Source of the DNA: Octopus vulgaris
Lineage: Eukaryota
Assembly: GCA_951406725.2 (NCBI GenBank)
Contig: OX597820.1
Span: forward strand, 7,874,001-7,938,000
DNA length: 64,000 bases
Reading direction: 5' to 3'
Numbering within the stretch: the stretch's first letter is position 1; each line of letters opens with the position of its first letter. The translations under genes and the position numbers were made by a program. Below are positions 24,259 through 39,866 of this stretch, in pieces. The notes beneath the pieces are model-generated. The model searched no databases and was not told where the DNA came from. It saw only the letters and a list, made by a program, of their open reading frames with translations.

Positions 24259-25068
24259 GATTACTTTTAACAAAGGAATGTTGCAGTCGCTTATCTGGGA
24301 AATGGAAAAACGGCTTTTTTTTATTTATATTTGTTAAACAAAAAATTGTTAATAAATCAGGATAAAAGACCTCTGGTCTACGACCTGCGCCTCGGGGGTT
24401 CTCAAGGGATTAACGAGTCAAAAAACGAGTTGTTGTCTGCACCTTCGGGACTTCAATTCATGGGACTTTTGTAAGGATGCCAGGCGCTGAGATCTTGAGA
24501 TTGCAAAAGCAGTTTAATAATATTGTGACTGAAATATATATACATACACACCAACACACACTCGTACACACGCACATACACATACAAATAGACAGACAGA
24601 CAGATATAGATATAGATACATACATGCAGGCATGCATGTTTACATACATACATATATATATACATGTGTACATATATGTGCGTATGTTAATAATTTCATG
24701 TAAGGATCCCCGTCGGTTTCGACGACGGGGATTCACTAACGCGATTAAAGGAATTACCTGCTCAGTGATTTAGTATATATATGTGTGTGTGTGTATAATT
24801 GTAATATATCTGTGATATAATCGATGTTGATATTGATAATGGTGGCAGTGGTAGCGGTTGTGGCGCTGATGGCTGTGGTGGTTTTGATGGTGGTACAGGC
24901 CTATATTGTAACGAACAGAATTATTATACTTGTAATGATGATGATCATTATGGTCACGATAGCGACGACAGTAGTGGTGGTCATGGTGGGGTGGGGTGGA
25001 GTGAGGTAAGAGGTGATTGTGATACCATGCCTCTGTACAAAACAAAATGTATTTGGTGTGCGTATGTG

Positions 25069-25101
<33 letters not shown>

Positions 25102-25130
25102 ATGTATATATGTATGTATATATGTATGTA

Positions 25131-25199
<69 letters not shown>

Positions 25200-25790
25200 G
25201 GGTGTACATGAAAATGAGTTTGTATTCATGTATGAAAGTCTAAACCAAGCTACATTCTATTTGAGGTGATTAAAATCGTACTTCTACTCCGATATTTCTA
25301 AACACCCCACCAAAAAAAAACTAAATCTGTCACATGTCTATATCATGTGATCTCCGCTAACCGATATTTCAAGCTGAGTTTCCTGTCTGATTGACAATTT
25401 ACAAATCGATCGTTGAAAGATGTATTAATCGATTTCAGCTAAACGTCAAAGTTGTCTAGACTCTCTAATCACTTATCTATCTATCCATTTCGGTGTGTGT
25501 GTATTATACATATTGATATTAGAACATATATATATATACATATATTTGTATATAGATATGTAAGTATATATGTTTGTATGTATGTACATGTATCAGAAAA
25601 CATAAGTGTTGATCTCTATGTAGGTATACATACTTCAAAAATGCATTCATTCTTCAGTTCAACGTGGTGTGTGTGTGTATGTGTGTGTGAATGTCATATA
25701 AATGTTTATGCATAAATATATATATATATATATATACATGTATGTATGAATGAATGAAGGTACGCATACATATGTATGTGTGTGCGTATA

Positions 25791-25882
<92 letters not shown>

Positions 25883-26119
25883 AATGGGTGTGCATGCATG
25901 TATGTATATATATATGTATATATATATTTATGTATATATACGTATCTTAAAACCTATCTCTATTTTATTCCCCTATAATATATTCAGAATGTTCAGAAGA
26001 GTAATCTGCCCGCTTTTATAAGAAAAAGAATTATTTTCTATTAGAAATATATATTACAGAGATGTGTGCTCCTGTCCGTTTACGCACATGCATATGCACA
26101 CGCGCGCACAGGCACACAC

Positions 26120-26690
<571 letters not shown>

Positions 26691-27469
26691 TGTTTGTGCG
26701 TATGCATATTCATGTATGTGCGTGGGCGTGTATGTGTATGTGTATATTTATACATACATATTGCATGCCTTTATTTATGAAACTATTAAATGTTTAAGTA
26801 CTATTAAAAATATACTTCTATGTATATGTTACATAGATGCAAACATATATATATATGCATGTATGTATGTACGTGTCTAGCTATGTATGTGTGTTTGTGC
26901 ATACATGTATGTATGTATGTATGGATATATATGCATGCATAAAGTTTTAATATACATCTTTACATCTATATACAGCTTCCTGCGTATATATACAGATATA
27001 CAGATATATATACAAACTATGAGAGAGAGAGACGAAGAATTCTGCATATGTTCAATGTGTTTCTCTCTAATCTTTATTAAATTTACATGAATCTTTTCAA
27101 TCCATTGAGTGTGTATTTCATTAATATATAGGCATACATATACCTATCAATATAAAAGTGTATATAAATATAAAAACATGCATGTGCATGTGTGGGTATG
27201 TATGTGTATATGTGCATGCATGCATGTCTGTGTGTGTATGTATGTGTGTGTGTATGTATGTGTGTGTGTGTGTGCATGCATGTCTGTGTGTGTATGTATA
27301 TATATATATATATATGTGTATGTGTGTGTGTGTCTGTGTGTATGTGCGCTGTTGCTCCAGCTTGATGGCTAAAACAAATCTATATATATATATAGATAGG
27401 TAGATAGATAAGTAGATAGATGGGTACATAGGTGGGTACATAAATGGGTACATAGACATATAGACAGGT

Positions 27470-27760
<291 letters not shown>

Positions 27761-28082
27761 TTGATGCACTCATTCATGGGCACATATAAACATACATTCA
27801 TTCATACAGACTCATAGATATATGTGTATTGAACTGCATCCATATAGGCGTGCATTCTTTCATAAAGACACACAAGCGTCTGCGATTAGAAATTTTCAGG
27901 ATAATAAAGCGTCAGGAAAAGTCTTGATTTCGAGCTACTGGTACAAAATGTGGTCCTTTGAGGTTGTTATCCTATCAAACATTGGTGGCAAGCTCTCATG
28001 TGTCTAGTGTGTATAAGGCTATATATACATGCGTACTCGTTTTGGGCGTGTGAATGTGTGCGTGTAGATATACTTACACACA

Positions 28083-28500
28083 TAGGCGCAGGAGTGGCTG
28101 TGTGGTAAGTAGCTTGCTAACCAACTACATGGTTCCGGGTTCAGTCCCACTGCGTGGCATCTTGGGCAAGTGTCTCCTGCTATAGCCCCGGGCCGACCAA
28201 TGCCTAGTGAGTGGATTTGGTAGACAGGAAACTGAAAGAAGCCTGTCGTATATATGTATATATAAATATATATATGTATGTGTGTGTATGTGTTTGTGTG
28301 TCTGTGTTTGTCCCGCTAGGATTGCTTGACAACCGATGCTGGTGTGTTTACGTCCCCGTCACTTAGCGGTTCGGCAAAAGAGACCGATAGAATAAGTACT
28401 GGGCTTACAAAGAATAAGTCCCGGGGTCGATTTGCTCGACTAAAGGTGGTGCTCCAGCATGGCCGCAGTCAAATGACTGAAACAAGTAAAAGAGTAAAAG
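28083..28500 (+). mobile_element. Full-length family A SINE
   Basis: A box TGGCTGTGTGGT, B box GGGTTCAGTCCC, CTTGGGCAAGT and the shared tail. Confidence 0.92.
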
Positions 28501-28919
28501 AGAGTATACGTTTATATATATATATTTATGCATATGTATGTATGTATATAGAGATGTATAATAAAACTTGCTGGCATTGACGAGATCAAGTTTGATACCC
28601 AAAAGAACAAAGATCTCTGATAAATTGGCAGCAAATTCTAATATGTAACTCCTATGCGGTCTGTCTGATTTTATTCTATCCATGTGATATTTACAATATC
28701 ATTACATCTGAACATAGAGTTGAAAATAGTGATATTTGGTGTTGTTTAGCATCTCTTAATCATGACTAACTATATCGGAGAAGCGAATGCATTGGACGAA
28801 AGGGGTTACTAACTACTACGAGAAATGTGTACATTATTTCTGATGTAGTTTGTGTTGGACTCAAACGAAAAGAATAGAGGAAGGAGCGTTAGGAGTGACA
28901 TGGATTCAAACAGGATTGG

Positions 28920-29602
28920 AATGTCATATTATATCCTTTCAATAAAATCTGAGGTTAATATCATAACAGTTGGAAAGGAAAATCTTGGAAAATATTTCCT
29001 CATTAATGGCCAGGGATACACACCCAAGGAATCTGTGCAACAGAACACCAGAGGAATTGTCTTCTATTCATCAGCAGAAAGTCATACAGAAAGGCAATGC
29101 TGTCCGAAAGGTTCGGAGTTATAGTAATATTGGTAATTGAAGTAGTTTCTATTCGATCAGCAATCGATTTATTAGCTCCTATTTTTGATTTTGGAATGAA
29201 GTAACGTAAAATAACAAAATTATATGATATGGAAGCAGGTGAAACACTTAAATGCGACGAGCGATGCAGAGACAATACAATTTGTGGAAAGGATAGTCCT
29301 CCAAGATAACTTTCTTTATTGGCCACACAGGGCTGGACACAGAGGGGACAATTACAAATGTAGAGCTTTTCTTTTCGAAGATGGAAAATGAAAAGGAGAA
29401 AAAGAAAGGAAACAAATGTAAAATTTCGATCAAAAGGGATCAGAAAAAAAAACGATCAAAAGGGATCGTCTATCACAGAAAGAAAAAAATTTTTTTTTTC
29501 TAAGTAGCAAACAAGATTAGGTTCATCCGTGGAAAGAAAAGCCTACAGAAAAGACCACGGTAACTTCAGGCAGGGAGGAAATAAACACATGAGAGCAAAG
29601 TG

Positions 29603-29633
<31 letters not shown>

Positions 29634-29885
29634 GATTTCCAAGATCATGCTCAAAGTGGTTTCGTCACTCGCATGCACCATCTTTGCTACATTCACCCAC
29701 CTTTTTTTAAAACTTTCACGAGACAAAACCTGCCTCTCCATTCTCACCTTCCTTTTCAAGTGGTACTTGAAAAAAGTTGATGAGCGATTGGCGTCCAAGA
29801 TAAAAATATTACAACGAACGGTAATGTAGAGAATGTTGAGGAATCAAGAGAAAAGTTCACGAAAGCGAGCTTCTGATCTTTGAGA
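28920..29885 (+). mobile_element. Highly decayed BEL/Pao-like LTR retrotransposon RT relic, split by a LINE fragment
   Basis: GIVFYSSAES...CCPKGSEL resembles RIVFDASA...CL.KGP.L. LNATSD...ESREKFTKASF reads open across the empty insertion site. Confidence 0.4.
29310..29793 (-). mobile_element. 5'-truncated Tx1/L1-type LINE 3' end
   Basis: FFKYHLKRKVRMERQVLSRESFKKRWV; 3' end ...GGCCAATAAAGAAA; 10-bp TSD TCCAAGATAA at 29300-29309 and 29794-29803. Confidence 0.7.
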
Positions 29886-30387
29886 GAAAATGTTTCTGTT
29901 GTTATTCTACTCTTTTCTTGGTGTGTGAAAATGTTAAAATATCATTTCTTTAAGAACTTATGATATTTGTATTTATAAATTTCATAAAAGTTTTGTTTAT
30001 AGCCAAAAAATATTTTTTCTGGTGATAAATATTTTAATTTAGATTTTTAAATCCTTATAGAATTACAAGGATAATTGTTGTTTTTTTTTATTTTTTTAAA
30101 ATTTGATATTCTGTATTATTCTGAAAAGAATGGTAGAACGTTACAAATAGAAAAGAAAAGATAATGAGAACGAATTCTACAGCAGATAACTATAAATATA
30201 ATAGTTAAACGTATAAAACTTGGAATTATTATAACAGTGTGTGTGTGTGTGTGTGGTAATAAATGATAATTTTGAAGACATTGAATGCGCACGTTTCAGA
30301 TCTGCATAATATGTAACAGGAAATACATCCTTTCTTCAGTTAATATATTTCAAATATATATTAACTGAAATATGCATTAACTGAAGA

Positions 30388-30510
30388 AGGCGCAGGAGTG
30401 ACTGTGTGGTAAGCAGCTTGCTTACCAACCAAGTGTCTTCTACTATGGCCTCGGGCCGACCAATGCCTTGTGAGTGGATTTGGTAGACGGAAACTGAAAG
30501 AATCCCGTCG

Positions 30511-30559
<49 letters not shown>

Positions 30560-30762
30560 TTATGTGTTTGTGTTTATTCCCCCAACATCGCTTGACAACT
30601 GATGCTGGTGTGTTTACGTCCCCGTCACTTAGCGATTCGGCAAAAGAGAACGATAGAATAAGTACTAGGCTTACAAAGAATAAATCCTAGGGTCGATTTG
30701 CTCGACTAAAGGCGGTGCTCCAGCATGGTCACAGTCAAATGAGTGAAACAAGTAAAAGAGTA
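30388..30762 (+). mobile_element. Family A SINE with internal deletion
   Basis: Aligns to 28083-28500 but lacks the B-box segment. Confidence 0.9.
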
Positions 30763-31139
30763 AGGCCTTGCGTAAGAGGATGTATTTCTTATGTATTGCC
30801 CAGATGTGAAAGGTACGTATATTAAATGCTTCCAAAATATCATTGTTTGATTTGACTTCATTACTAAAATATATACGAACCGATGCCCATACAAACCAGT
30901 CTGTTCTGACTCCGTTTAGTCGAATACTCTGACAAAGATTTGGAGTAGTCATATTTGACTCGAGTCAAAGACTCTGGTACCGAACATCGCTTGTAGGCAA
31001 AACACGAAATGTGTGTAATATATATATGTGTGTGTGTGTATGTGTGTATGAGTGTGTGTGTGCATATATGTGTGTATGTGTGTGCATATATATATGTGTG
31101 GGGGGGGGTGCATATATATGTGCGTGCGTGTATGTGTGC

Positions 31140-31195
<56 letters not shown>

Positions 31196-31299
31196 GTGTG
31201 TAAATTTACACATCCATCTTAACTTGTATGTGTCGTTTTTAACGCCATTGGTTGCAGTTTTGAAAAGATAGATCATCTCTCATATACATCGGTTCAATT

Positions 31300-31490
31300 T
31301 ATAGCACGCGCCCAGTAATTTCGGGGGGAGGGGATTAAATCGATTACATCAACCCCAGTGCTTAACTGGTACTTATCTAATAGACGCCAGAAGGCAAAAG
31401 CGGCCTCGACGGAAATTGAACTCAGAACGTAAAGACGGACGAAATGCCGATAAGCCATTTGTCCGTCGCGTTAACATTTCGACACCTTAC
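31300..31490 (-). mobile_element. Degenerate family B SINE
   Basis: CCCCAGTGCTTAACTGGTACTTAT...GAACTCAGAACGTAAAGACGGACGAAATGCC. Confidence 0.75.
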
Positions 31491-31796
31491 ATGTCTTACA
31501 TCTGTATAAAGAGAGAAAAGCACGAATTTGTTTTCCTTTATTTCATCCGTTTCATATGATTGTATGTTCGATAATCGATGATATCATATTATAAATGGGA
31601 TTTACTGATGCAATTTACAAAGAGTATTTAATCATACCGAAAACTTTTGCTGACGTTAAAGTCCTATTCGTGCCACATAGAGCCCTATTCAGATCACGGA
31701 ACAGAGGGTGTTTCATGCGACTGCTATAAAGAGCTGTAACCAAAACAGTTTATTTTGTCATGCACCTAACGCATTTTTCCCACTGATATATATGTA

Positions 31797-33176
<1,380 letters not shown>

Positions 33177-33444
33177 AAATAACAAAGTGAACTCACTGAT
33201 AAGATCCACAGACGGAGAATGAACATACTACTGTGATGTTCTTAATGATGAAATTAACCTCTCTGTAATGTTGGCAAATGAAATAAGTATAAGAATCTGC
33301 ATTGTCCGTTTAATTAAAAAATTCTATATGTGGCTGAAGATTGCTCGACATTTTAAAACTGATGTAATACGTACAGTGTTTAATAAAATGATGTAGCATG
33401 AAACAATTGTACTACTCTACCTTGGATATCCTTGTTGCTTATTT

Positions 33445-33494
<50 letters not shown>

Positions 33495-33909
33495 ACATGC
33501 ATATGGAGACAGACAGACAGACAGACATGCATGGATACATGCTTATGTGTATGTATGTATATGTATAATATATATATATATGTATATTATATATACATAC
33601 ATACATAGGAATACATATACATTTATACACACACACATACACAATGCAGCCACAGTTGAATGCTTGTGCATCATTCTATAGCTTCATCGGAGTTTCAAAT
33701 AAAATTATGCTTCATGTTTGAAGCTGATTCATTGCAGCCTACAGCAGAAACAAGTGCAAGCGAATGTAGTTCGGAACATAAACTCGTATTCCTTCGTCTT
33801 TCTAATTTATCACCCCACTGTACTCGTCTGACGCTTCGTTCTGAAACATCAGTATACTGAGTTCCAGCACCGGTTCATAGTGCTAGTGCATGCATATATA
33901 GCTGCGTGC

Positions 33910-34210
33910 GCGTGCACATACACGCGAGTAATGTCCAGATCTCCGACCAATCACATACAGCTAGCTGGCATTCAATTGGCGTATCAAGTTTCAGGCATTT
34001 TGATTGGGATTTGGATAGAAAATTCACAAAAAAGTCACTTCTATTGATATTTTAATGGCTTTGCCGGGTGACTGGGGAAATGTAAAGATGTGCACGACCA
34101 CCCTTGGATGGTTTTGAATAACCATAGAAAGTGCGAGCCCTCTAACTGAAAAATTGTGGATTTGTATAAAGGATATACACACACACACAGACATTTTGCC
34201 GTTTATATAT
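33910..34210 (-). mobile_element. Non-autonomous Helitron-like fragment
   Basis: 5' TATATAAACGGCA followed by (TG)n, the same start architecture as 47122-47506. Confidence 0.55.
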
Positions 34211-34446
34211 ATATATATATATATATACGTTTTTATGTGTGTGTGTGCGGTGGTGTTGTTGGTAGTTTCTAGCTGTTGTATATCCGTTAGAGAAAAGGCC
34301 AATGATCATACAAGACATTACCTTACACGTCATATTCCTTTTAAGATGGTACAATGAGGAGTGGCATCTGGCTGCTATCTTTAGCATGCCTAGCTATCAC
34401 GGACATGCTCCTCTTAGGTTAACAAAAACTGTGTTATGTGATAATT

Positions 34447-34447
34447 A

Positions 34448-34500
<53 letters not shown>

Positions 34501-34519
34501 ACGGCAGCAGCAGCAGTAC

Positions 34520-34612
<93 letters not shown>

Positions 34613-34613
34613 C

Positions 34614-34670
<57 letters not shown>
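34447..34670. repeat. (TAG)n microsatellite
   Basis: Directly visible; source of the poly-S/V/L ORFs. Confidence 0.98.
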
Positions 34671-34672
<2 letters not shown>

Positions 34673-35181
34673 GGGGGAGTCCCGAACTACTTCACCAACT
34701 CCGCCAATGAAGTTCACTCTCTTACGCTTGATGACGTCATAGTTCCTGTTATCTTGGTCCGTTCATCTCTGATCATAACACCACCACAGACCAGCGTAAC
34801 CACCACCACCACCACCATCGTGGGCCGAAACCTACCACACCCTACCACGAGCAAACACTACCTTTTGAACACGCGTTTATATATGTGTCTGTGGGTGCAG
34901 AGAGGTGTCATGCTATAATTTTATAGTCATACACATGTGTGTGTGTGTGTGTGTATCGATCTATGCATCTCTCCTTCAATGTACGTATGTATATATCTGT
35001 CAGTGTATATGTACACATACGCCCACATAGAAAGAGAGACATACATGCGTGTGTATACGGATATGTGTTTATATATGCATATAGATATATACATGCATAC
35101 CTACACAATATGATATCATCAATTAGGGAAAACTTGGGGACTCGATCTAATTAAATAAGAAGAAGAATAATGCCATAACCA

Positions 35182-35220
<39 letters not shown>

Positions 35221-35428
35221 AAGAAGAAGAAGAAGAAGAAGAAGAAGAAGAAGAAGAAGAAGAAGAAGAAGAAGAAGAAGAAGGGTGTATGTAACAGCGA
35301 CAGAATGTCTACATAATAATAAACATCACAGCAACTTCAAACACAGCTTCAACATGGGTGCCTCATTGTCTAACAAGAATTAATATTATTAACAATAATA
35401 TTTACAATTAAAATTATTATTATCATTA

Positions 35429-35640
35429 CGGCGGCGAACTGGCAGAGTCGTTAGCGCGCTAGACGAAATGTTTAGCGGTATTTCGCCCGACGCTACTTTC
35501 TGAGTTCAAATTCAGCCGTGGTCGACTTTTCTTTCATCTTTTCCGGGGCCAGTAAATTAAGCACCAGTGAAACACTGGGGTGGATGCAATCGTCTTATCC
35601 CCTTCATCCAAAAATAGTTGACTTTGCGGCAAAATTTGAA
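35429..35640 (+). mobile_element. Old family B SINE variant; similar copy at ~57354-57570
   Basis: GGCGGCGAACTGGCAGAGTCGTTAGC head and a degenerate Nin domain. Confidence 0.8.
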
Positions 35641-35856
35641 ATCATTATTATTATTATATGTTTGGTTTTTGCTTTGTATTTGTACAAGTTGGCACCAAGT
35701 CTCACTCAAGAGACAACAAGTTCATGTCGGTGTTATGAATAGAGTGCCATATATTTGGTTTTGCACAGAATATTGTTCTAGAGGATGTCTGTCAAAACAT
35801 AAGTAAATTAGAAGTTTGTTTTAATTTGATTATAAAATTATTATTATTATTATTAT

Positions 35857-36097
35857 CTTTTTTTTCTTCTTTCAAATTTGCTTCCATTTCTTGTCGAGTG
35901 TCTTCCCGACTCCTAGGGCAAATAAACTCATAGTATACATTGGTAGGCCATTAAACTAAACTCACTAATTCGTTCATTTTTTTTTAAAGTTAAATTAAAA
36001 TACATGGGTAGTAATAGTTCTCACATCGACAATGCTCTTCTCAATACGTGTGATGTACCAGTTAAGACAATCTTTTGCACTTCTTGCAGGGATGGTA
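35857..36097 (-). mobile_element. R4/Dong-type LINE 3' end in (TAA)n
   Basis: PSLQEVQKIVLTGTSHVLRRALSM-stop plus 3' UTR, bounded by (TAT)n on both sides. Confidence 0.85.
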
Positions 36098-36106
36098 TTA
36101 TTATTA

Positions 36107-36164
<58 letters not shown>

Positions 36165-36165
<1 letters not shown>

Positions 36166-36470
36166 CACTCAATAGATTAAACTTCTGGAAAAGAAAAGAA
36201 TCCTAACATAGGGCTACAACAAGTAACCTTAAAAAGCCGAGAACCCTCTTAATCATTCCTAGCTGTCCCTAATAACACTGTTTTCTGCAGCTGTACTAAA
36301 CTAGGTTTTACGCCTATTTCCTCAATCCATCTGTTCAGATCTTTAGGGATAGTTCCTAATGCACCTATAACTACTGGGATGCATTTTACCCGCACTTTCC
36401 ATAGTCTCTATAATTCGATAGCTAGGTCCTGGTACTTTGCTATTTTTTTAATAATTTTTTCATCATTTGG
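36165..36470 (-). mobile_element. Second R4/Dong-type LINE 3' end in (TAA)n
   Basis: KIAKYQDLAIEL*RLWKVRVKCIPVVIGALG...LQKTVLLGTAR. Confidence 0.85.
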
Positions 36471-36512
36471 AACTGTAAAGTCAATTATCTGGCACGTTCT
36501 ACTGCTTTATTA

Positions 36513-36585
<73 letters not shown>

Positions 36586-36586
36586 T

Positions 36587-37215
36587 TTTAATCTGCATGT
36601 TTCTTACAGTCACTTGCCGAAACACACCCAGTGTCCTGGGGCGAGTGAAGGATAAGAGATGTTACAGTATGACTGAAAGATTGGGGAGGGGAGTAGTGAA
36701 ATATCTCCACGTAATACAACACAGACATTTAAATGGATAGTGTTTTTCAAAAGATATGGGCAGTACTTGTCAGGACAATCTTTTGGATTTCTCTTGAGGC
36801 ATGGTTCTCTTGTGATCTTATGTAGATGTTTCCGACATCCCTTTTTTTATTATACCTAGGGCATCTCCAATGACAGGAACAGTTCTCTTTTCAAGATGCC
36901 ACATCTTTTGTATTTCAGTTTCCAGGTATTTCAATATACCTTGTCAAATTCCTTGGCTGATATATTTTTATCAGTGGGAACACTTAGATTTATTAGTCTA
37001 CAAGTTTTTTTCTTCTCTGTCTTTAATGACTATGTCTGGTCGATTAGCTTGGATCATTCTGTCAGTGTTGACGGGAAAATCCCAGAGGATAGTAACATTT
37101 TTACCTTCAACGACTGGCTCAGGATGATGTTCATACCAGTAAGCAGGGGTTCTGATTTTGTAGTCTTTACATTTTTTCCTCTGTAAATGCTGTTCTACTC
37201 TATCATGGCGATTTT
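36587..37215 (-). mobile_element. Third R4/Dong-type LINE 3' fragment (restriction-like endonuclease)
   Basis: WYEHHPEPVVEGKNVTILWDFPVNTDRMIQANRPDIVIKD and IQKIVLTSTAHI; the 3' end abuts (TAA)n. Confidence 0.88.
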
Positions 37216-38157
37216 TGCAGCCACTGGGCCATTGCGCCTCCACTCCTGTTGCTGTTGTTTAGCTACAACTCTTGTTGGGTAAACAAGAATATACGTCTTG
37301 ATCAAACCTTTATCAAACTAATTTTTTTTTGACAGTACACTACCCAATGTCTCCTCGTTGCGGACAAAAATCTATGATCTCAAAGAGGTTTTTGCTGCTA
37401 TTTCTAGCAGACAGACCCCATAAACGTTCCCCTACGGGCATGTTGTTGTTGTTGTTATAACTTGTTACACATTTTCCAGAAAATGGTAGTATTTTTTCCA
37501 AAAAGAGCGTACTTCCTGTTGTAGACCCCCTAGTTACGAATGTGGCCCCTATTTGGAATATATCCATAATTCCTGATGTATCCGTTTAGTTTTGGAGGTG
37601 TCCCCATACTTTCTTACAGTTCCCTATACTTCATATCACCATCAGTTATCGCCCCACCCCTCACTCTTCTCTATTATCCCCACACAACCCTTTCCTCACC
37701 CAACTCCTCCAGACATCTTGCCTCCAAAGATTTCCTTTAATTATTCTGTTAATCAATAATTATATCTCTAGTTTCTTTGTTATTATCATTATGTAACCAT
37801 CATCACCATTGTTATTTTCATCGTCATCGTCGTCGTCATTGTCGACATCGTAATCACTATCATCATCACCATTGTCATCATTATCATCTTCAATATCATC
37901 ATCACAACCACCACCAACACCGTCGTCATCATCATCTTACATGCAAGCAACTCAAGCCGCCATTTTGCTGTACATCCTTTTTTCTATAAATGGTCCTATC
38001 TGATTTCAGGCAGATTTGCTTGCTATTAATTCCTTAAGTTCGCTATCATCATCATCATCATCATTATCCCTATCACCATCACCATCAACAACAACAGCAC
38101 CACCACCACCATCATCGTCGTCATTATCATCTTCACCCTCATCAGCAGCAAAAGCAG

Positions 38158-38534
38158 TGGAAAGTGCAATAGCCCAGTGGTTAGGGCAGAGGACTCGCGG
38201 TCGGAGGATCGCGGTTTCGATTCCCAGATCGGGAGTTGTGTGTGTTTATTGAGCGAAAACTCCTAAAGCTCCACGAGGCTCCGGCAGGGGGGGGGGCGAC
38301 CCCTGTTGTACTCTTTCGCTACAACATTCTATCACTCTTTCTTCCTGTTTCTTGTCCCCGACTTCCTACGCAACCGCTGAACCTGGATGCGCATTCATCC
38401 ATCCGTCGATGCTCTCGGTGTCGGGGGGGTTGACCTGCTTTCTCTTCTGCGAGTCTTACGAATAGCAAAAGGACCACGTTTTGGACTTCTCCCCCAGGGA
38501 CGGAGACCGCTTTGCTCAACAGCATCAGCAACAA
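38158..38534 (+). mobile_element. Family C SINE with tail type 1
   Basis: 15-bp TSD CAGCAGCAAAAGCAG at 38143-38157 and 38535-38549. Confidence 0.92.
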
Positions 38535-38966
38535 CAGCAGCAAAAGCAGCAGCAGCTGCCTCATCATCATCATCATCACCATTCTTATCACCATTCCAAA
38601 AACATCCTCAGATTTGTTATTCCAACAAACAAGGATGATTTTCCTGAATCCCTTCTTTCCACCATTGCATTCGACTCATACTGTATTCTCTTTAACTTTA
38701 TTTGCTTTGTTTTCGAGGAGATGCATCGCACATTCATGTATTCAATTGCTAAACGCATCACATTTTGACATTTTTAATGATTTATCTACAAAACCACTTG
38801 AATCTTCATGTCTTCAGGATTATATGAGTAAAGAACCCTACAAGAAAGCCGTGTACACTGAACACGACGTTTTAGTGACTAATTTGATGTTTTACTTGTA
38901 AGAACATATATTGCTCATTAAGGGAGAAACCTGCTATTTTAGCTTAGATGGAAATTACTCAGTATA

Positions 38967-39198
38967 TATTTCTTTACTACCCACAAGGGGCTAAACACAC
39001 GGGAACAAACAAGGACAGACAAACGGATTAAGTCGATTACATCGACCCCAGTGCGTAACTGGTACTTATTCAATTGACCCCGAAAGGATGAAAGGCAAAG
39101 TCGACCTCGGCGTAATTTGAACTCAGAACGTAATGACAGACGAAATACCGCTAAGCATTTCGCCCGGCGTTCTAACGTTTCTGCCAGCTCGCCGCCTT
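38967..39198 (-). mobile_element. Full-length family B SINE; another at ~39577-39804 (-)
   Basis: Head, Nin domain and tail are complete; imperfect TSD GAAATTACTC.G.ATA. Confidence 0.9.
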
Positions 39199-39866
39199 TG
39201 AAATTACTCGGCATATTTGAAAGTATTTGAAAACATTGACAACTCCCGATGTTTTATTCGAAACTGACAAAGGTTGCAATACGATTGGCGCACTACAGCA
39301 CTTTCTTGAGTTAAAGTAAGATAACACGTGATCTATAATGGACCAATTGAAGGTCAAACACGTTTTCAAACGGTTTTAGTAATTAATCAACTCTCAATGA
39401 CTAATGTATGCTTTTAAATATTATTTCTTTATATAATGTCACTCTACTTCCATACGTACATTGTATAAATAATTAGTAACGAAAACCTAAAAAGAATTAT
39501 ATTGTTTTTAATCAGAAGTTACAAAGTGACTCAAGTACCAAGAGTCTCGTGCAAAGACGTATAAATAGATATACTTATTTCATTACTACCCACAAGGGGC
39601 TAAACACACAGAGGGGACAAACAAGGACAGACAAACGGATTAAGTCTATTATATCGACCCCAGTTCGTAACTGGTACTTATTTAATCGACCCCGAAAGGA
39701 TGAAAGGTAAAGTCGACCTCGGCGGAATTTGAACTAAGAACGTAGCGACAGACAAAATACCGGTAAGCATTTCACCCGGCGTTCTAACGTTTCTGCCAGC
39801 TCGCGTGTGTAGATATACCACACACGCACACACACACACACACGCATACACACACACACATACATA

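Noticed and set aside
30285-30390. Minus-strand CTGAAGA...GAAACGTGCG with a short inverted repeat
   Set aside because: No UH cleavage site or helix I; at most a very decayed relic.
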